From: an uncultured Eggerthellaceae bacterium
Lineage (GTDB): Bacteria; Actinomycetota; Coriobacteriia; Coriobacteriales; Eggerthellaceae
DNA length: 64,000 nucleotides
Assembly: GCA_949840905.1 (NCBI GenBank)
Contig: CATKXW010000001.1
Coordinates: forward strand, 75,499 to 139,498
Direction: 5' to 3'
Of the stretch, positions 1-8,458 are shown piece by piece. A program made the position numbers and the translations under genes. The notes under the pieces were generated by a model that was not told the origin of the DNA, did no database searches, and worked only from the letters and a program-made list of their open reading frames with translations. Position 1 is the stretch's first letter, and each line of letters opens with the position of its first letter.

Positions 1-208
1 GCGCAACGCCATCGGTGCCGCCAACGCGCTAGTGGCGGCCCAGTTGGCGCTGGCCGGCGTAGGCTCGGTGATCGGCTTCGACGAGACGGTGTGGGCCATG
101 GACACGGTAGGACGCTCGCTGCCCTTCGAGCTGCGCGAGAGCGCCTTGGGCGGCCTCGCCGCCACCCCGACCGCCTGCGCCCTGTGCGCCAAGGACTGCC
201 CCGCCTGA
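1..208 (+). CDS. L-serine dehydratase (iron-sulfur type), C-terminal fragment; 5' end lies outside the window
   Basis: Frame starting at nt 2 reads RNAIGAANALVAAQLALAG...VIGFDETVWAMDTVGRSLPFELRESALGGLA and ends at TGA 206-208. This resembles the conserved SdaA/SdaAA C-terminus (ERNAIGA ... ET..GGLA). Confidence 0.6.
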   Translation, partial: RNAIGAANALVAAQLALAGVGSVIGFDETVWAMDTVGRSLPFELRESALGGLAATPTACALCAKDCPA

Positions 209-215
209 TATGAAC

Positions 216-248
216 AAGACCGCATCCCTCCCAGAGGGGCGCGGTCTT
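216..248. terminator. Hairpin between convergent sdaA and pcrA; candidate bidirectional terminator
   Basis: AAGACCGC-AT-CCCTC-CCA-GAGGG-GC-GCGGTCTT: 8 bp outer plus 5 bp inner stem, followed by a short T-run on either strand. Confidence 0.5.
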
Positions 249-299
249 GGAAGAACGCTCTGCGACAAGGCGCATAGCTGGCTGGCGGCGGCCGATAGG

Positions 300-2666
300 T
301 CAGCCTATCTTCACGATGGGAGCATAATCCTTCAGCAGCTTCTTGGTCTGGCCGGTCTTGGCGAACTGGACGTGGAGGGTGTCGCCGTCGACCTTGGTGA
401 CCTTGCCGCGGCCGAAGGTCTTGTGATCCACGATGTCGCCTTGCGAGAACGACATCTTCGCGGCGGCCTTCTTGCCCACATCGCGCGCCTCGCGGCGATC
501 GGCTTGGCTGCGCCCGCGGCTTCCCGAGGCGCTCGAACGGCCGAACACGCGGCCCTCTCCCGCCTCCGAGCCAGAACCCGCGATGCCGCGACGGCTCCCC
601 CGCTTCTCCCAGCCGGTGCCCGCGAAACCGGCCGATCCCACGCCAGTGGTCTGACGCAGCTCGCTCGGTATCTCGGTGAGGAAGCGCGATACCGGGTTCG
701 CCGAGGTCTGACCATAGAGCTGTCGCTGCTGGGCGCAGGTGATGCTCAGGCGCTTGCGGGCGCGCGTGATGGCCACGTAGGCGAGACGGCGCTCCTCTTC
801 CACGCCGCTCGCATCGGCCATGGAGTTCATGTGCGGGAAGATGCTCTCCTCCATACCGGCCAGATACACGTGGTCGAACTCGAGGCCCTTGGAAGAATGG
901 ACCGTCATGAGCGTGACCGCATGGCCATCCTCGGTCATGGTATCCAGGTCGGTGCGCAGCCGTACCCATTCGATGAAATCGGCTAGCGAATCAGCGCTCA
1001 GGATGCGCGGGGCCTCCTCGGCTTCCACCACCAGCGAGAGCTGGTCGCCCAGCTCTGGCGCGAGCGCCCCCCCTTCCTCCTCCGAAGGGGCGGCGTAGCC
1101 CTCATCGTGGGTCTCGACGAACTCGTCGACCACGCCCAAGAACTCCTTGATGTTCTCGATGCGGCCGCGCGCCTCATCGGTGTTCTCAGCCTCCAAGGCT
1201 CCGATCAGGCCCGAGCGGTCTATCACCGCCTCGATGATCTTGCGCAGTTCGCCGCCATAGGTACGCGCCGTCTTCAACAGCTCCACGAACTCACCCACTG
1301 CGCTGCGCGTAGCGGCACGGGTATCGGGTTCGGTCATGAACACCTCGGCCGCCTCTAGGAACGGCAGGTCCATCTGACGCCCCAACGCCTCGATGCGCTC
1401 GATGGACGTCTTGCCGATGCCGCGGCGCGGAACGTTCACCACGCGCTTGGCCGCTATGTCATCGGCTGGATTGACCACCAGCGTCAGATAAGCCATGATG
1501 TCGCGTATCTCGGCACGGTCGAAGAAGCGCGTGCCGCCCACGATGCGATAGGGCACCCCCGCGCGCAGCAGCATATCCTCCAACATGCGCGATTGGGCGT
1601 TGGTACGATAGAACACCGCTATGTCATCGTAGCTGACGCCCTGACTGCGCTTCTTCTCGATCTCACCTGCTATCCAACGGCCCTCGTCACGCTCGTCGGT
1701 GGCCATGTACACGCCGATCTTCTCACCGGCCTCGGCCTCGGTGAACAGCTTCTTAGCCTTGCGATGCTGATTGTTGGCTATCACGGCGTTGGCCGCGTCC
1801 AAGATGTTGCCCACGCTGCGATAGTTCTGTTCGAGCTTCACCGTATGGGCGTCGGGATAGTCGTTCTCGAACTCCAAGATGTTGCGGATATCGGCCCCGC
1901 GCCATGAATAGATCGACTGGTCGTCGTCGCCCACCACCATGATGTTCTTGTGGCGCGCTGCGAGAAGACGGGTGATCTCGTACTGGGCATGGTTGGTGTC
2001 CTGATACTCGTCCACCAGGATATAGCGGAAGCGCTGCTGGTAGGCCGCCAGCACGTCCTCATGGTTGCTCAGCAGCAGATAGGAGTACAACAACAGGTCA
2101 TCGAAGTCGAACGCGTTGGCCGCCTTCAAGCGCTCCTGCAGCCGAGCGTAGACCTGGGCAGCTATCTTGCCGATGGGATCTGTGGCCTGGGCTTCGAAGT
2201 TGCCGGGCACGATCAGCTCATTCTTGGCTTGAGAGATGCGGTTCATCAGCGTGTTGATAGGGTAGCGCTTCGGGTCGATGTCCAGCTCAGCCAAGATCTC
2301 GCGGTAGAGCCGCTTCGAATCGTCAGTATCGTAGATGGTGAAGTTGCGCGTGAAGCCGAGACGCTCGGCGTCGGCTCTCAGGATGCGCACGCACATGCTA
2401 TGGAACGTGGATACCCACATGCCGTTGGACGAGCCGCCGATCAGCCCCGCCAAGCGCTCCCGCATCTCACGGGCCGCTTTGTTCGTGAACGTGATGGCGA
2501 GCACTTCCCACGGGGCCGCCCCCTCGTCCTGGATGAGGTGGGCGATGCGATAGGTGAGCACACGGGTCTTGCCGCTGCCAGCGCCTGCCAATACCAGCAG
2601 CGGGCCTTCGGTGGTGATCACCGCTTCCCGCTGAGGCGGGTTCAAAGTCTCAAGGTCGAGAGCCAT
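300..2666 (-). CDS. pcrA: ATP-dependent DNA helicase PcrA/UvrD
   Basis: 788 aa. N-terminus LNPPQREAV, Walker A AGAGSGKT, DEYQDTN motif, and a UvrD-type C-terminal Tudor-like tail (GDIVDHKTFGRGKV). ATG at 2666. Confidence 0.93.
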   Translation of the reverse strand: MALDLETLNPPQREAVITTEGPLLVLAGAGSGKTRVLTYRIAHLIQDEGAAPWEVLAITFTNKAAREMRERLAGLIGGSSNGMWVSTFHSMCVRILRADAERLGFTRNFTIYDTDDSKRLYREILAELDIDPKRYPINTLMNRISQAKNELIVPGNFEAQATDPIGKIAAQVYARLQERLKAANAFDFDDLLLYSYLLLSNHEDVLAAYQQRFRYILVDEYQDTNHAQYEITRLLAARHKNIMVVGDDDQSIYSWRGADIRNILEFENDYPDAHTVKLEQNYRSVGNILDAANAVIANNQHRKAKKLFTEAEAGEKIGVYMATDERDEGRWIAGEIEKKRSQGVSYDDIAVFYRTNAQSRMLEDMLLRAGVPYRIVGGTRFFDRAEIRDIMAYLTLVVNPADDIAAKRVVNVPRRGIGKTSIERIEALGRQMDLPFLEAAEVFMTEPDTRAATRSAVGEFVELLKTARTYGGELRKIIEAVIDRSGLIGALEAENTDEARGRIENIKEFLGVVDEFVETHDEGYAAPSEEEGGALAPELGDQLSLVVEAEEAPRILSADSLADFIEWVRLRTDLDTMTEDGHAVTLMTVHSSKGLEFDHVYLAGMEESIFPHMNSMADASGVEEERRLAYVAITRARKRLSITCAQQRQLYGQTSANPVSRFLTEIPSELRQTTGVGSAGFAGTGWEKRGSRRGIAGSGSEAGEGRVFGRSSASGSRGRSQADRREARDVGKKAAAKMSFSQGDIVDHKTFGRGKVTKVDGDTLHVQFAKTGQTKKLLKDYAPIVKIG

Positions 2667-2721
2667 AGTAGGATGCGAACCTCCTGTTCATACGACATGC
2701 ATCGAGAGCGAAGCGGCGGCG

Positions 2722-2761
2722 GAATGAAAAGGGAAGGCAGGGGATGCGCCCCTTCCTTCCC
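2722..2761 (-). terminator. Rho-independent terminator downstream of the lipoprotein gene
   Basis: On the minus strand GGGAAGGAAGGGGCGCATCCCCTGCCTTCCC (about 11 bp stem with one mismatch) is followed by TTTTCATT. Confidence 0.65.
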
Positions 2762-2793
2762 TTTCGTGCGCTGCGGGCTTTTCGCCCAACGTC

Positions 2794-3381
2794 TTACTGG
2801 AAGAACATCGAGAACAGTTCGGCGGTGGCGCTCGGTGCCATCTGCCAGGTACCGTCCTTCTTCTCATAGTCGAGGCTGATGTCGGTCTCGCTCAGCGGCA
2901 GGTCAGCGAGGATCTGCTTGAATTGATCGCCCATCGCCGTCATGACCTGCTCCTTGGTCATGCCAGCGAACTGCTGCGGATCCGCCATGGCATTGCTCGC
3001 CATCTCGGCGACACCGGTGGCGAACTCGCTGAAGTCCCGCGCTGTCACGGTGACCTCCGCTACAGCCTCTTCACCAGCCACCTTGATGTCGTCGATCGCG
3101 TAGTCAAAGCCCTCGAACATCGAGCTCGCGATCTCTTCGGGCGATATGCCCATGGCCTCCATCTGGGCAGCCTGAGAAGCCATGGCCGATTCCATGGATT
3201 CAGCAACCTCTTTGACGGTAGCCTCGTCAGCGTTCTTGATCTGATCGAGCTCGCTCACTAGATCCTCGCGGACCAGCTGCTCGCTGTTTTCCGGCGCGGC
3301 GCAGCCAGCCAATGCGGTCGCGCCCAGCACCAACAGGGCGCTGGCCAGGATCGCGATGATGGACCTTCTCATGACCGACAT
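2794..3381 (-). CDS. Hypothetical lipoprotein
   Basis: 195 aa. Signal peptide plus lipobox (ILASALLVLGATALAGC). Acidic mature part with no recognisable catalytic motif. Confidence 0.6.
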   Translation of the reverse strand: MSVMRRSIIAILASALLVLGATALAGCAAPENSEQLVREDLVSELDQIKNADEATVKEVAESMESAMASQAAQMEAMGISPEEIASSMFEGFDYAIDDIKVAGEEAVAEVTVTARDFSEFATGVAEMASNAMADPQQFAGMTKEQVMTAMGDQFKQILADLPLSETDISLDYEKKDGTWQMAPSATAELFSMFFQ

Positions 3382-3481
3382 CCTCTCTCTTTTCGCGCTT
3401 TCCTTCTTCTATGATCTCGATCGTCTTGCCCGTAAACAGAGAGGAAAGAGCGCGCCTCTCCCCTCTTCGTCCTTTTCGAAC

Positions 3482-4285
3482 CTACACGATCTTCTTTCCG
3501 AACACAGCGGCCACGCGGCGCAGCTCGGCTACCAGCTCTTCGAACTGGTACGGCGTCAGCTGCTGCGGACCGTCGGAAAGCGCCACAGGCGGGTTCGGAT
3601 GCACCTCGATCATGAGCGAATCGGCACCGGCCGCCACCGCTGCGTAGGCGAGAGACGGCACCAGGTCGCGCTGACCCGCTGGATGCGACACATCGATACA
3701 CACCGGATACAGCGACTGCTTATGGATGACGGGCACGGCCGCGATGTCGAGAGTGAATCGCGTGGCCGTCTCGAAAGTGCGGATGCCGCGCTCGCACAGC
3801 ACCACGTTGGTGTTGCCGCAGTCGGTGATGTAGTCGGTAGCAGCCAGCCACTCCGCGATGGTGCCGGCGAAACCGCGCTTATACAGCACCATCTGATGGC
3901 TGTCAGCCGTCACCTGGCCGATCTTCTTCAACAGACTGAAGTTCTGGAAGTTGCGAGCACCCACCTGCAGGCCGTCCACGTAGTCGGCCACCAGCTGGCA
4001 ATGGGCGGAATCCATCACCTCGGTGAGCGTCTTCAGACCGTAACGATCCCCGGCGCTCTTCATGATCTTCAGCGCTTCTTCGCCGAGACCCTGGAACGAA
4101 TGGGGGTTGGTGCGCGGCTTGAAAGCACCGCCGCGGACCCAGTTCAGGCCCAAACCCTTGACGCATTCGGCGACCTCGTCGAATTGTTCTGCCGACTCCA
4201 CCGAACACGGACCGGCATAGATGGTTATCTCGTCGCTACGGGCGCCCAGATCGGGCAGCGTAGGCAGTATCGTCTCTTGGCTCAT
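3482..4285 (-). CDS. aroF: 3-deoxy-7-phosphoheptulonate (DAHP) synthase, type I-beta
   Basis: 267 aa. AGPCSVES...GGAFKPRT.PHSFQGLG core typical of the I-beta DAHPS/KDO8PS family. Its ATG overlaps the upstream chorismate mutase stop (ATGA at 4282-4285). Confidence 0.85.
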   Translation of the reverse strand: MSQETILPTLPDLGARSDEITIYAGPCSVESAEQFDEVAECVKGLGLNWVRGGAFKPRTNPHSFQGLGEEALKIMKSAGDRYGLKTLTEVMDSAHCQLVADYVDGLQVGARNFQNFSLLKKIGQVTADSHQMVLYKRGFAGTIAEWLAATDYITDCGNTNVVLCERGIRTFETATRFTLDIAAVPVIHKQSLYPVCIDVSHPAGQRDLVPSLAYAAVAAGADSLMIEVHPNPPVALSDGPQQLTPYQFEELVAELRRVAAVFGKKIV

Positions 4286-4560
4286 ACGGAAGGCGTCTCC
4301 TTGCTCACTTTGAGGATGGTCGCGTATATCTCGCGCAGATAATCGTTGAAGAGCGGACCGTCGTTCAAGGCGGCCACCTTGTCGAATATCTCCTCTTCGC
4401 GGCGGGCGTCATAGAGGCCCATGCCCGCATCGGGCTTCAAACCGCGAATGACCAGCGAGTGGCCGACGCGCTTGTTCAGCAGCGCTACGAGCTCCTTGTC
4501 GATGGCGTCGATCTGCTCGCGATGCCGCTGGATCTGCTCAAGAGCATTGTCGTCAGACAT
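4282..4560 (-). CDS. Chorismate mutase (AroQ-type, small stand-alone protein)
   Basis: 92 aa from the ATG at 4560, which is preceded by GGGAGGG. Sequence LEQIQRHREQIDAIDKELVALLNKR...ARREEEIF is AroQ-like. The annotated 134-aa ORF start is an upstream extension without an SD. Confidence 0.8.
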   Translation of the reverse strand: MSDDNALEQIQRHREQIDAIDKELVALLNKRVGHSLVIRGLKPDAGMGLYDARREEEIFDKVAALNDGPLFNDYLREIYATILKVSKETPSV

Positions 4561-4593
4561 GTTCATCCCTCCCATTACGAAATGTGTGGTGAC

Positions 4594-4602
4594 ATGATAG
4601 CA
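4594..4602 (-). promoter_or_regulatory. Candidate extended -10 promoter (TGCTATCAT) for the chorismate mutase-aroF operon
   Basis: Minus strand reads GGTGCTATCATGT about 35 nt upstream of the ATG at 4560. The same TGCTAnnAT pattern recurs at three other operon starts in this window. Confidence 0.4.
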
Positions 4603-5294
4603 CCGCGACGAGGGCGAACGGACGACGCTTCGAGGCCTTCGATGAAAATCAGAGGCGTCGTGTGGCCACCACGCGATGATGATCATCGACGCCCTACCTC
4701 AAGCTGTCCTGACGGTCGAACATCCCGGTGATCCCTGGAAGGCCGAAGACGGCGATGATCCATCATCCTTCTCCGTACCGCGTCTCGAACTCATAGGCGC
4801 ACCGCACGCAAAGCCCTCTTCGGTGCATGACCCCCCGACCCTCTCGATCGGAAGATGAGGAGAACGGCCGCGCTCGCAGACGCGAGATGCTCGGTGAGCC
4901 CCCGCAAGACCTGGGAGCGGACCCTTTTGATGGGCCCTTCCACCACCCTTGAAAGAACAGCCATGCATCCCAGCGAGCGCTTCCGGTATCTCCACGAAAC
5001 CCCTCATGAGAGGCCATATGTTGAGGAACCGTTGCTTGCGTCGCTTCGAGCTGCGTGGCTAGAATAAGTGACAGAAAGAGCCATAAGGGCTGAATTCGGG
5101 AAGGGACGGTTCGCTCAAGCGAGAGTGCCGGCGAGAGGGTCTCTCCTCCATGACGAGGAGGATCGTCGTCGGGCCACTAGCAAGCCGGCCCGCACAACGT
5201 TGAATAGAAAGAGCGTGCTCGGGGCACGTTCGATCGATCATTGCCATCGACCGGAAAGGAGAAGCGAGCTTCCTCGGTTCGATAGGCAGGGCGT

Positions 5295-6134
5295 GTGGTC
5301 GTGTGCTCACGACGAACTTCCTGGTACCGCCCTCGTGGCGAAGCGACCGCCATCGAAGTCGGTGAGCCCGTGATCGAGCCTTACAAAGAGTACAGTCCTT
5401 TGGATCCTTTGGGCCGATGCGGCGTGGCGACGGCGTGCTTGGGCCTCGAAACGCTGCCGCCCGAAGGAGAACGCCGCGGCGAGATAGGCCATGTGCATCC
5501 CACTGGTTGGCATATGACCTGCTATGACCGCAACCTCGTCTCGGGAGAGAGCCTCTATAATCGCACGCACCTCATAGCCTGGTGCCTCAGCGAAGAGCTC
5601 GACAATCCCCAGAACCTCATCACAGGCACCCAATATCTCAATCAAGGTTCCATGCAGCCGTTGGAGACGCGCGTGGTGGATTACATACGGACTTCGGGCA
5701 ATCACGTGCTCTACCGCGTCACCCCTGTGTTCCAAGGAGACGAGCTGGTGGCCCGCGGCGTACAGGTGGAGGCGCGCTCGGTGGAAGACGAGGGGGCCGG
5801 CGTCAGCTTCAACGTGTACTGTTACAACGTGCAGCCGGGCGTCACCATCGACTATGCCACCGGCGAGAGCCACCCCGATTTCCTGCCCTCTCGCACCGCG
5901 CTCACGCAGAAAGGATACCTTGCTGATAGCGCCCGGCCCCTCTGTGCCACCGCGAACGAGAGCGCCACGCCGACGGCCCCCTCCTACATCATCAACTTCG
6001 CGACCCAACGGTTCCACTTGACCACCTGCAAGAGCGTAGCGGACATCGCAGCACGCAACCAGGGAGCATGCCGGCTCGATCGCGACATGCTGAAGACCCT
6101 CGGCTATCTTCCCTGCGATCGCTGCAAGCCGTGA
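5295..6134 (+). CDS. DNA/RNA non-specific endonuclease (EndA/NucA-like) with a C-terminal Cys-rich metal-binding motif; no signal peptide
   Basis: 279 aa. YSPLDPLGRCGVA...HVHPTGWH...NRTHLIAW...NLITGTQYLN core of the DNA-entry nuclease family. C-terminus FHLTTCKSV...GYLPCDRCKP. GTG start at 5295 (or 5301), with an in-frame stop at 5283. Confidence 0.75.
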   Translation: MVVCSRRTSWYRPRGEATAIEVGEPVIEPYKEYSPLDPLGRCGVATACLGLETLPPEGERRGEIGHVHPTGWHMTCYDRNLVSGESLYNRTHLIAWCLSEELDNPQNLITGTQYLNQGSMQPLETRVVDYIRTSGNHVLYRVTPVFQGDELVARGVQVEARSVEDEGAGVSFNVYCYNVQPGVTIDYATGESHPDFLPSRTALTQKGYLADSARPLCATANESATPTAPSYIINFATQRFHLTTCKSVADIAARNQGACRLDRDMLKTLGYLPCDRCKP

Positions 6135-6167
6135 AGCGGACATGGCGCGCAAGAAGCCCGAGCATCC

Positions 6168-7589
6168 TCAGAGCTCGACGAGCCCCTCCGTCTCTTCCTC
6201 CTCGACAACGTCGTCGAACCCCTCCTCTTCGAGCTCTTCTTCGTCTGGGACCTCCTCATCGGCCCAAGGAAGGAACGCCCCTTTCTCCCACAGAGCCGAT
6301 ACCGGGATGGCCCAGATCTTCTCGGTGAGGCGCAAGGTGATGGAGCCGAGGTAGACGATGAAGCCGCGAACGAAGCGCTCGTCTTCGGCAAGGAACCGCA
6401 GAGCGCCGATGGTGTCGCTGCGCACCCAAACGGAATTGCGCACCGTGATGCCCACCAGGCGATCCTTGCGGGAGAGCACCAGATCCACCCGGCGAACGCG
6501 ACGGTCGAACCGCTTCCAATGGCAGCAAGCGGTCTCCTCGCTCGCCCATTGCGCCGCCGCCACCAGCTGATTGACGCATAGTGCCCGCAAGACGCGCCCG
6601 AAGGCATAGGGATCCACGGCGATGTCGCGATCCATAGCCGCCAGCGCCTCCACAGCGAGCACCGTGTCGATAGGATGCACCCGCGTCTTGCCGAAGCCGC
6701 GATCGCGCTTGCGCTTCTTGCTCAGATCGGGCAAGCAGTGGACGAGCAGGTGCTCGACGAAGGAGTCAAGGTGGGTGGTGAGCGTCTCCTCGTCCACATA
6801 ACAAGCCCGCGCCATGGCATCCAGCCCGAGCGGTATCCCCGGACTAGCGAGCACCTTCTTCAGGATAGAGCTCTCGATCATCTGGTCGATGAGCCCCTTC
6901 GATCCGTCATCGCCAGCCATCATCTTCGCCATTCCCTGACGGACCCGTTCGCTGCGCTGCTGCGGACCCGAATCCGCCAGATGCAGCGCATGATGAGGAA
7001 ACCCGCCGAGGCGCATCATGGTGCGCAGGTCGCTACACGGATGCGAGCTGCGGAAGTTCAGCGACAGCTCCCGATCGAACAGGTCATCGACGATGCAGCC
7101 TGGACGCCCGCTCATCTCGGCTTGGGTCAACGGGAACAGCGTGAAGCGCTGCGGCTTCAACGGCTTACGAGGCTTCTTGCGGCCTTTCGACTTCTCTGCG
7201 AGCTTCTGCGCTGGCGGCTCGGGAGCCTTCGGCTCCTCGATCGGCAGCACGCGCGAGCTCACGAGGATGAACACCGGCTCTTCGACAGGCTTCTTCGGCG
7301 CTATCTGCTGTACGGCAGCTATGAGAGAGTCGAGGCGCTGGGCCTCGTCTATGATGGCGGGGCGCGAGAGCGAAGCGACCCATTCCACTGGCTGTTGAAC
7401 AGCGCGCTCGAACACCTCTTCGTCGGCAAGGGTGACGTAATGGAAATGGCTGAGGACGATCTCGTTGAGCACCAACGAGGTCTTGCCCGCACCGCGCGGG
7501 CCTTCCAATATCACGATAGGGCTGGTCGCACGGGCGATGGACTCGGCAAGGGCGCGACGTACGTAGGGGGCCTCGGGGGCTCTCGCCAT
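6168..7589 (-). CDS. AAA_14/DUF4143-family ATPase
   Basis: 473 aa. Walker A GPRGAGKT, Walker B AIIDEAQ, C-terminal DUF4143-like block (HWKRFDRRVRRVDLVL...GITVRNS). SD AGGAAG lies upstream. A perfect TATAAT (7627-7632, minus strand) overlaps the stop codon of the upstream gene. Confidence 0.75.
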   Translation of the reverse strand: MARAPEAPYVRRALAESIARATSPIVILEGPRGAGKTSLVLNEIVLSHFHYVTLADEEVFERAVQQPVEWVASLSRPAIIDEAQRLDSLIAAVQQIAPKKPVEEPVFILVSSRVLPIEEPKAPEPPAQKLAEKSKGRKKPRKPLKPQRFTLFPLTQAEMSGRPGCIVDDLFDRELSLNFRSSHPCSDLRTMMRLGGFPHHALHLADSGPQQRSERVRQGMAKMMAGDDGSKGLIDQMIESSILKKVLASPGIPLGLDAMARACYVDEETLTTHLDSFVEHLLVHCLPDLSKKRKRDRGFGKTRVHPIDTVLAVEALAAMDRDIAVDPYAFGRVLRALCVNQLVAAAQWASEETACCHWKRFDRRVRRVDLVLSRKDRLVGITVRNSVWVRSDTIGALRFLAEDERFVRGFIVYLGSITLRLTEKIWAIPVSALWEKGAFLPWADEEVPDEEELEEEGFDDVVEEEETEGLVEL

Positions 7590-7627
7590 GGGTTCTTCCT
7601 GACTCTTCGCGACGGGAATGCACCCGA

Positions 7628-8458
7628 TTATAGCCGAACCCTCGCTCCTTCCTCACTGAGCTGCGGGCTTGCGTCACCGGAGCGTTCCTCTACGGAAGGC
7701 CAGCTCAACAGAGCGAGCACCTTCCGTTTCGCATCAAGGGCAGCTGGACTGAGCAGATACGCCTCGCGCGAGTCGCGCGGGGCGTCGACGACCACCTCGC
7801 CCACGATGGTGGCCGCTCCACGCAAGCCAGGCTTCGCGAGCACCAGGATACGATCGGCCACCGACAGGGCCTCGTCCACATCATGGGTGATGAGCATGGC
7901 CGTCGAGCCGTGAGCCGTGAGCCGATCGACGAACCAGCCTCGCATGGTGGCTCGCGTGAGCGCATCAAGGGCGCTGAACGGCTCGTCCATGAGGATGACC
8001 TCGTCGTCCATGAGCAACGTGCGCAGCAGTGCCGCACGCTGGCGCATGCCGCCCGACAGCTGATGGGGATAGGCGCGCTCGGCACCCTCGAGGCCGAACT
8101 CGGGAAGAAGGGCGGCGGCCCGGGCGCGGGCCTCCTTCTTCCCCATGCCTTTGGCCAGAAGAGGCAACGCCACGTTGTCGAGCAGCCGCCGCTCAGGCAG
8201 CAGCAGGTCCTTCTGCAACATGTAGCTCACCTGCCCGGGACGACCTGTCACATCGGCACCGTTCAGCAGCACTCGTCCGCCCACCGGCTCGATCAGGCCG
8301 GCCAACGCATGGAACAGGGTGGTCTTGCCGCTACCCGAGCGCCCGACCAGGCATACGAGCTCGCCGCGGACCAACGAGAAGGAGGCCCCCTCCACGATGA
8401 CCTCGTCCTGCCACGCTAAAGTGAGGTCATGAGCTTGCAAGGCGGCGACCGACCTCAT
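7628..8458 (-). CDS. ABC transporter ATP-binding protein (NitT/TauT family; ThiZ-like)
   Basis: 276 aa from the ATG at 8458 (ATGA overlap with the upstream stop). Walker A GRSGSGKTT, signature LSGGMRQR, Walker B ILMDEP. Confidence 0.88.
   Translation of the reverse strand: MRSVAALQAHDLTLAWQDEVIVEGASFSLVRGELVCLVGRSGSGKTTLFHALAGLIEPVGGRVLLNGADVTGRPGQVSYMLQKDLLLPERRLLDNVALPLLAKGMGKKEARARAAALLPEFGLEGAERAYPHQLSGGMRQRAALLRTLLMDDEVILMDEPFSALDALTRATMRGWFVDRLTAHGSTAMLITHDVDEALSVADRILVLAKPGLRGAATIVGEVVVDAPRDSREAYLLSPAALDAKRKVLALLSWPSVEERSGDASPQLSEEGARVRL

Noticed and set aside
4925-4955. T-box-like (minus strand AAGGGTGGTGGAAGGG) or tmRNA/tRNA-like (plus strand TTCCACCA) fragment
   Set aside because: GGGTGGT is followed by GGAAGG rather than ACCGCG. 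No specifier, AG-bulge or terminator/antiterminator pair was found. No complementary 5' acceptor strand was found for a tRNA-like end. The fragment lies upstream of the likely aro promoter.
5090-5200. Cobalamin-riboswitch-like fragments (GGGAAGGGACGG, GCCACTAG, AAGCCGGCCCGC)
   Set aside because: Only short partial matches with the wrong spacing. The downstream gene (a nuclease) has no link to B12. Needs an Infernal scan rather than a by-eye call.
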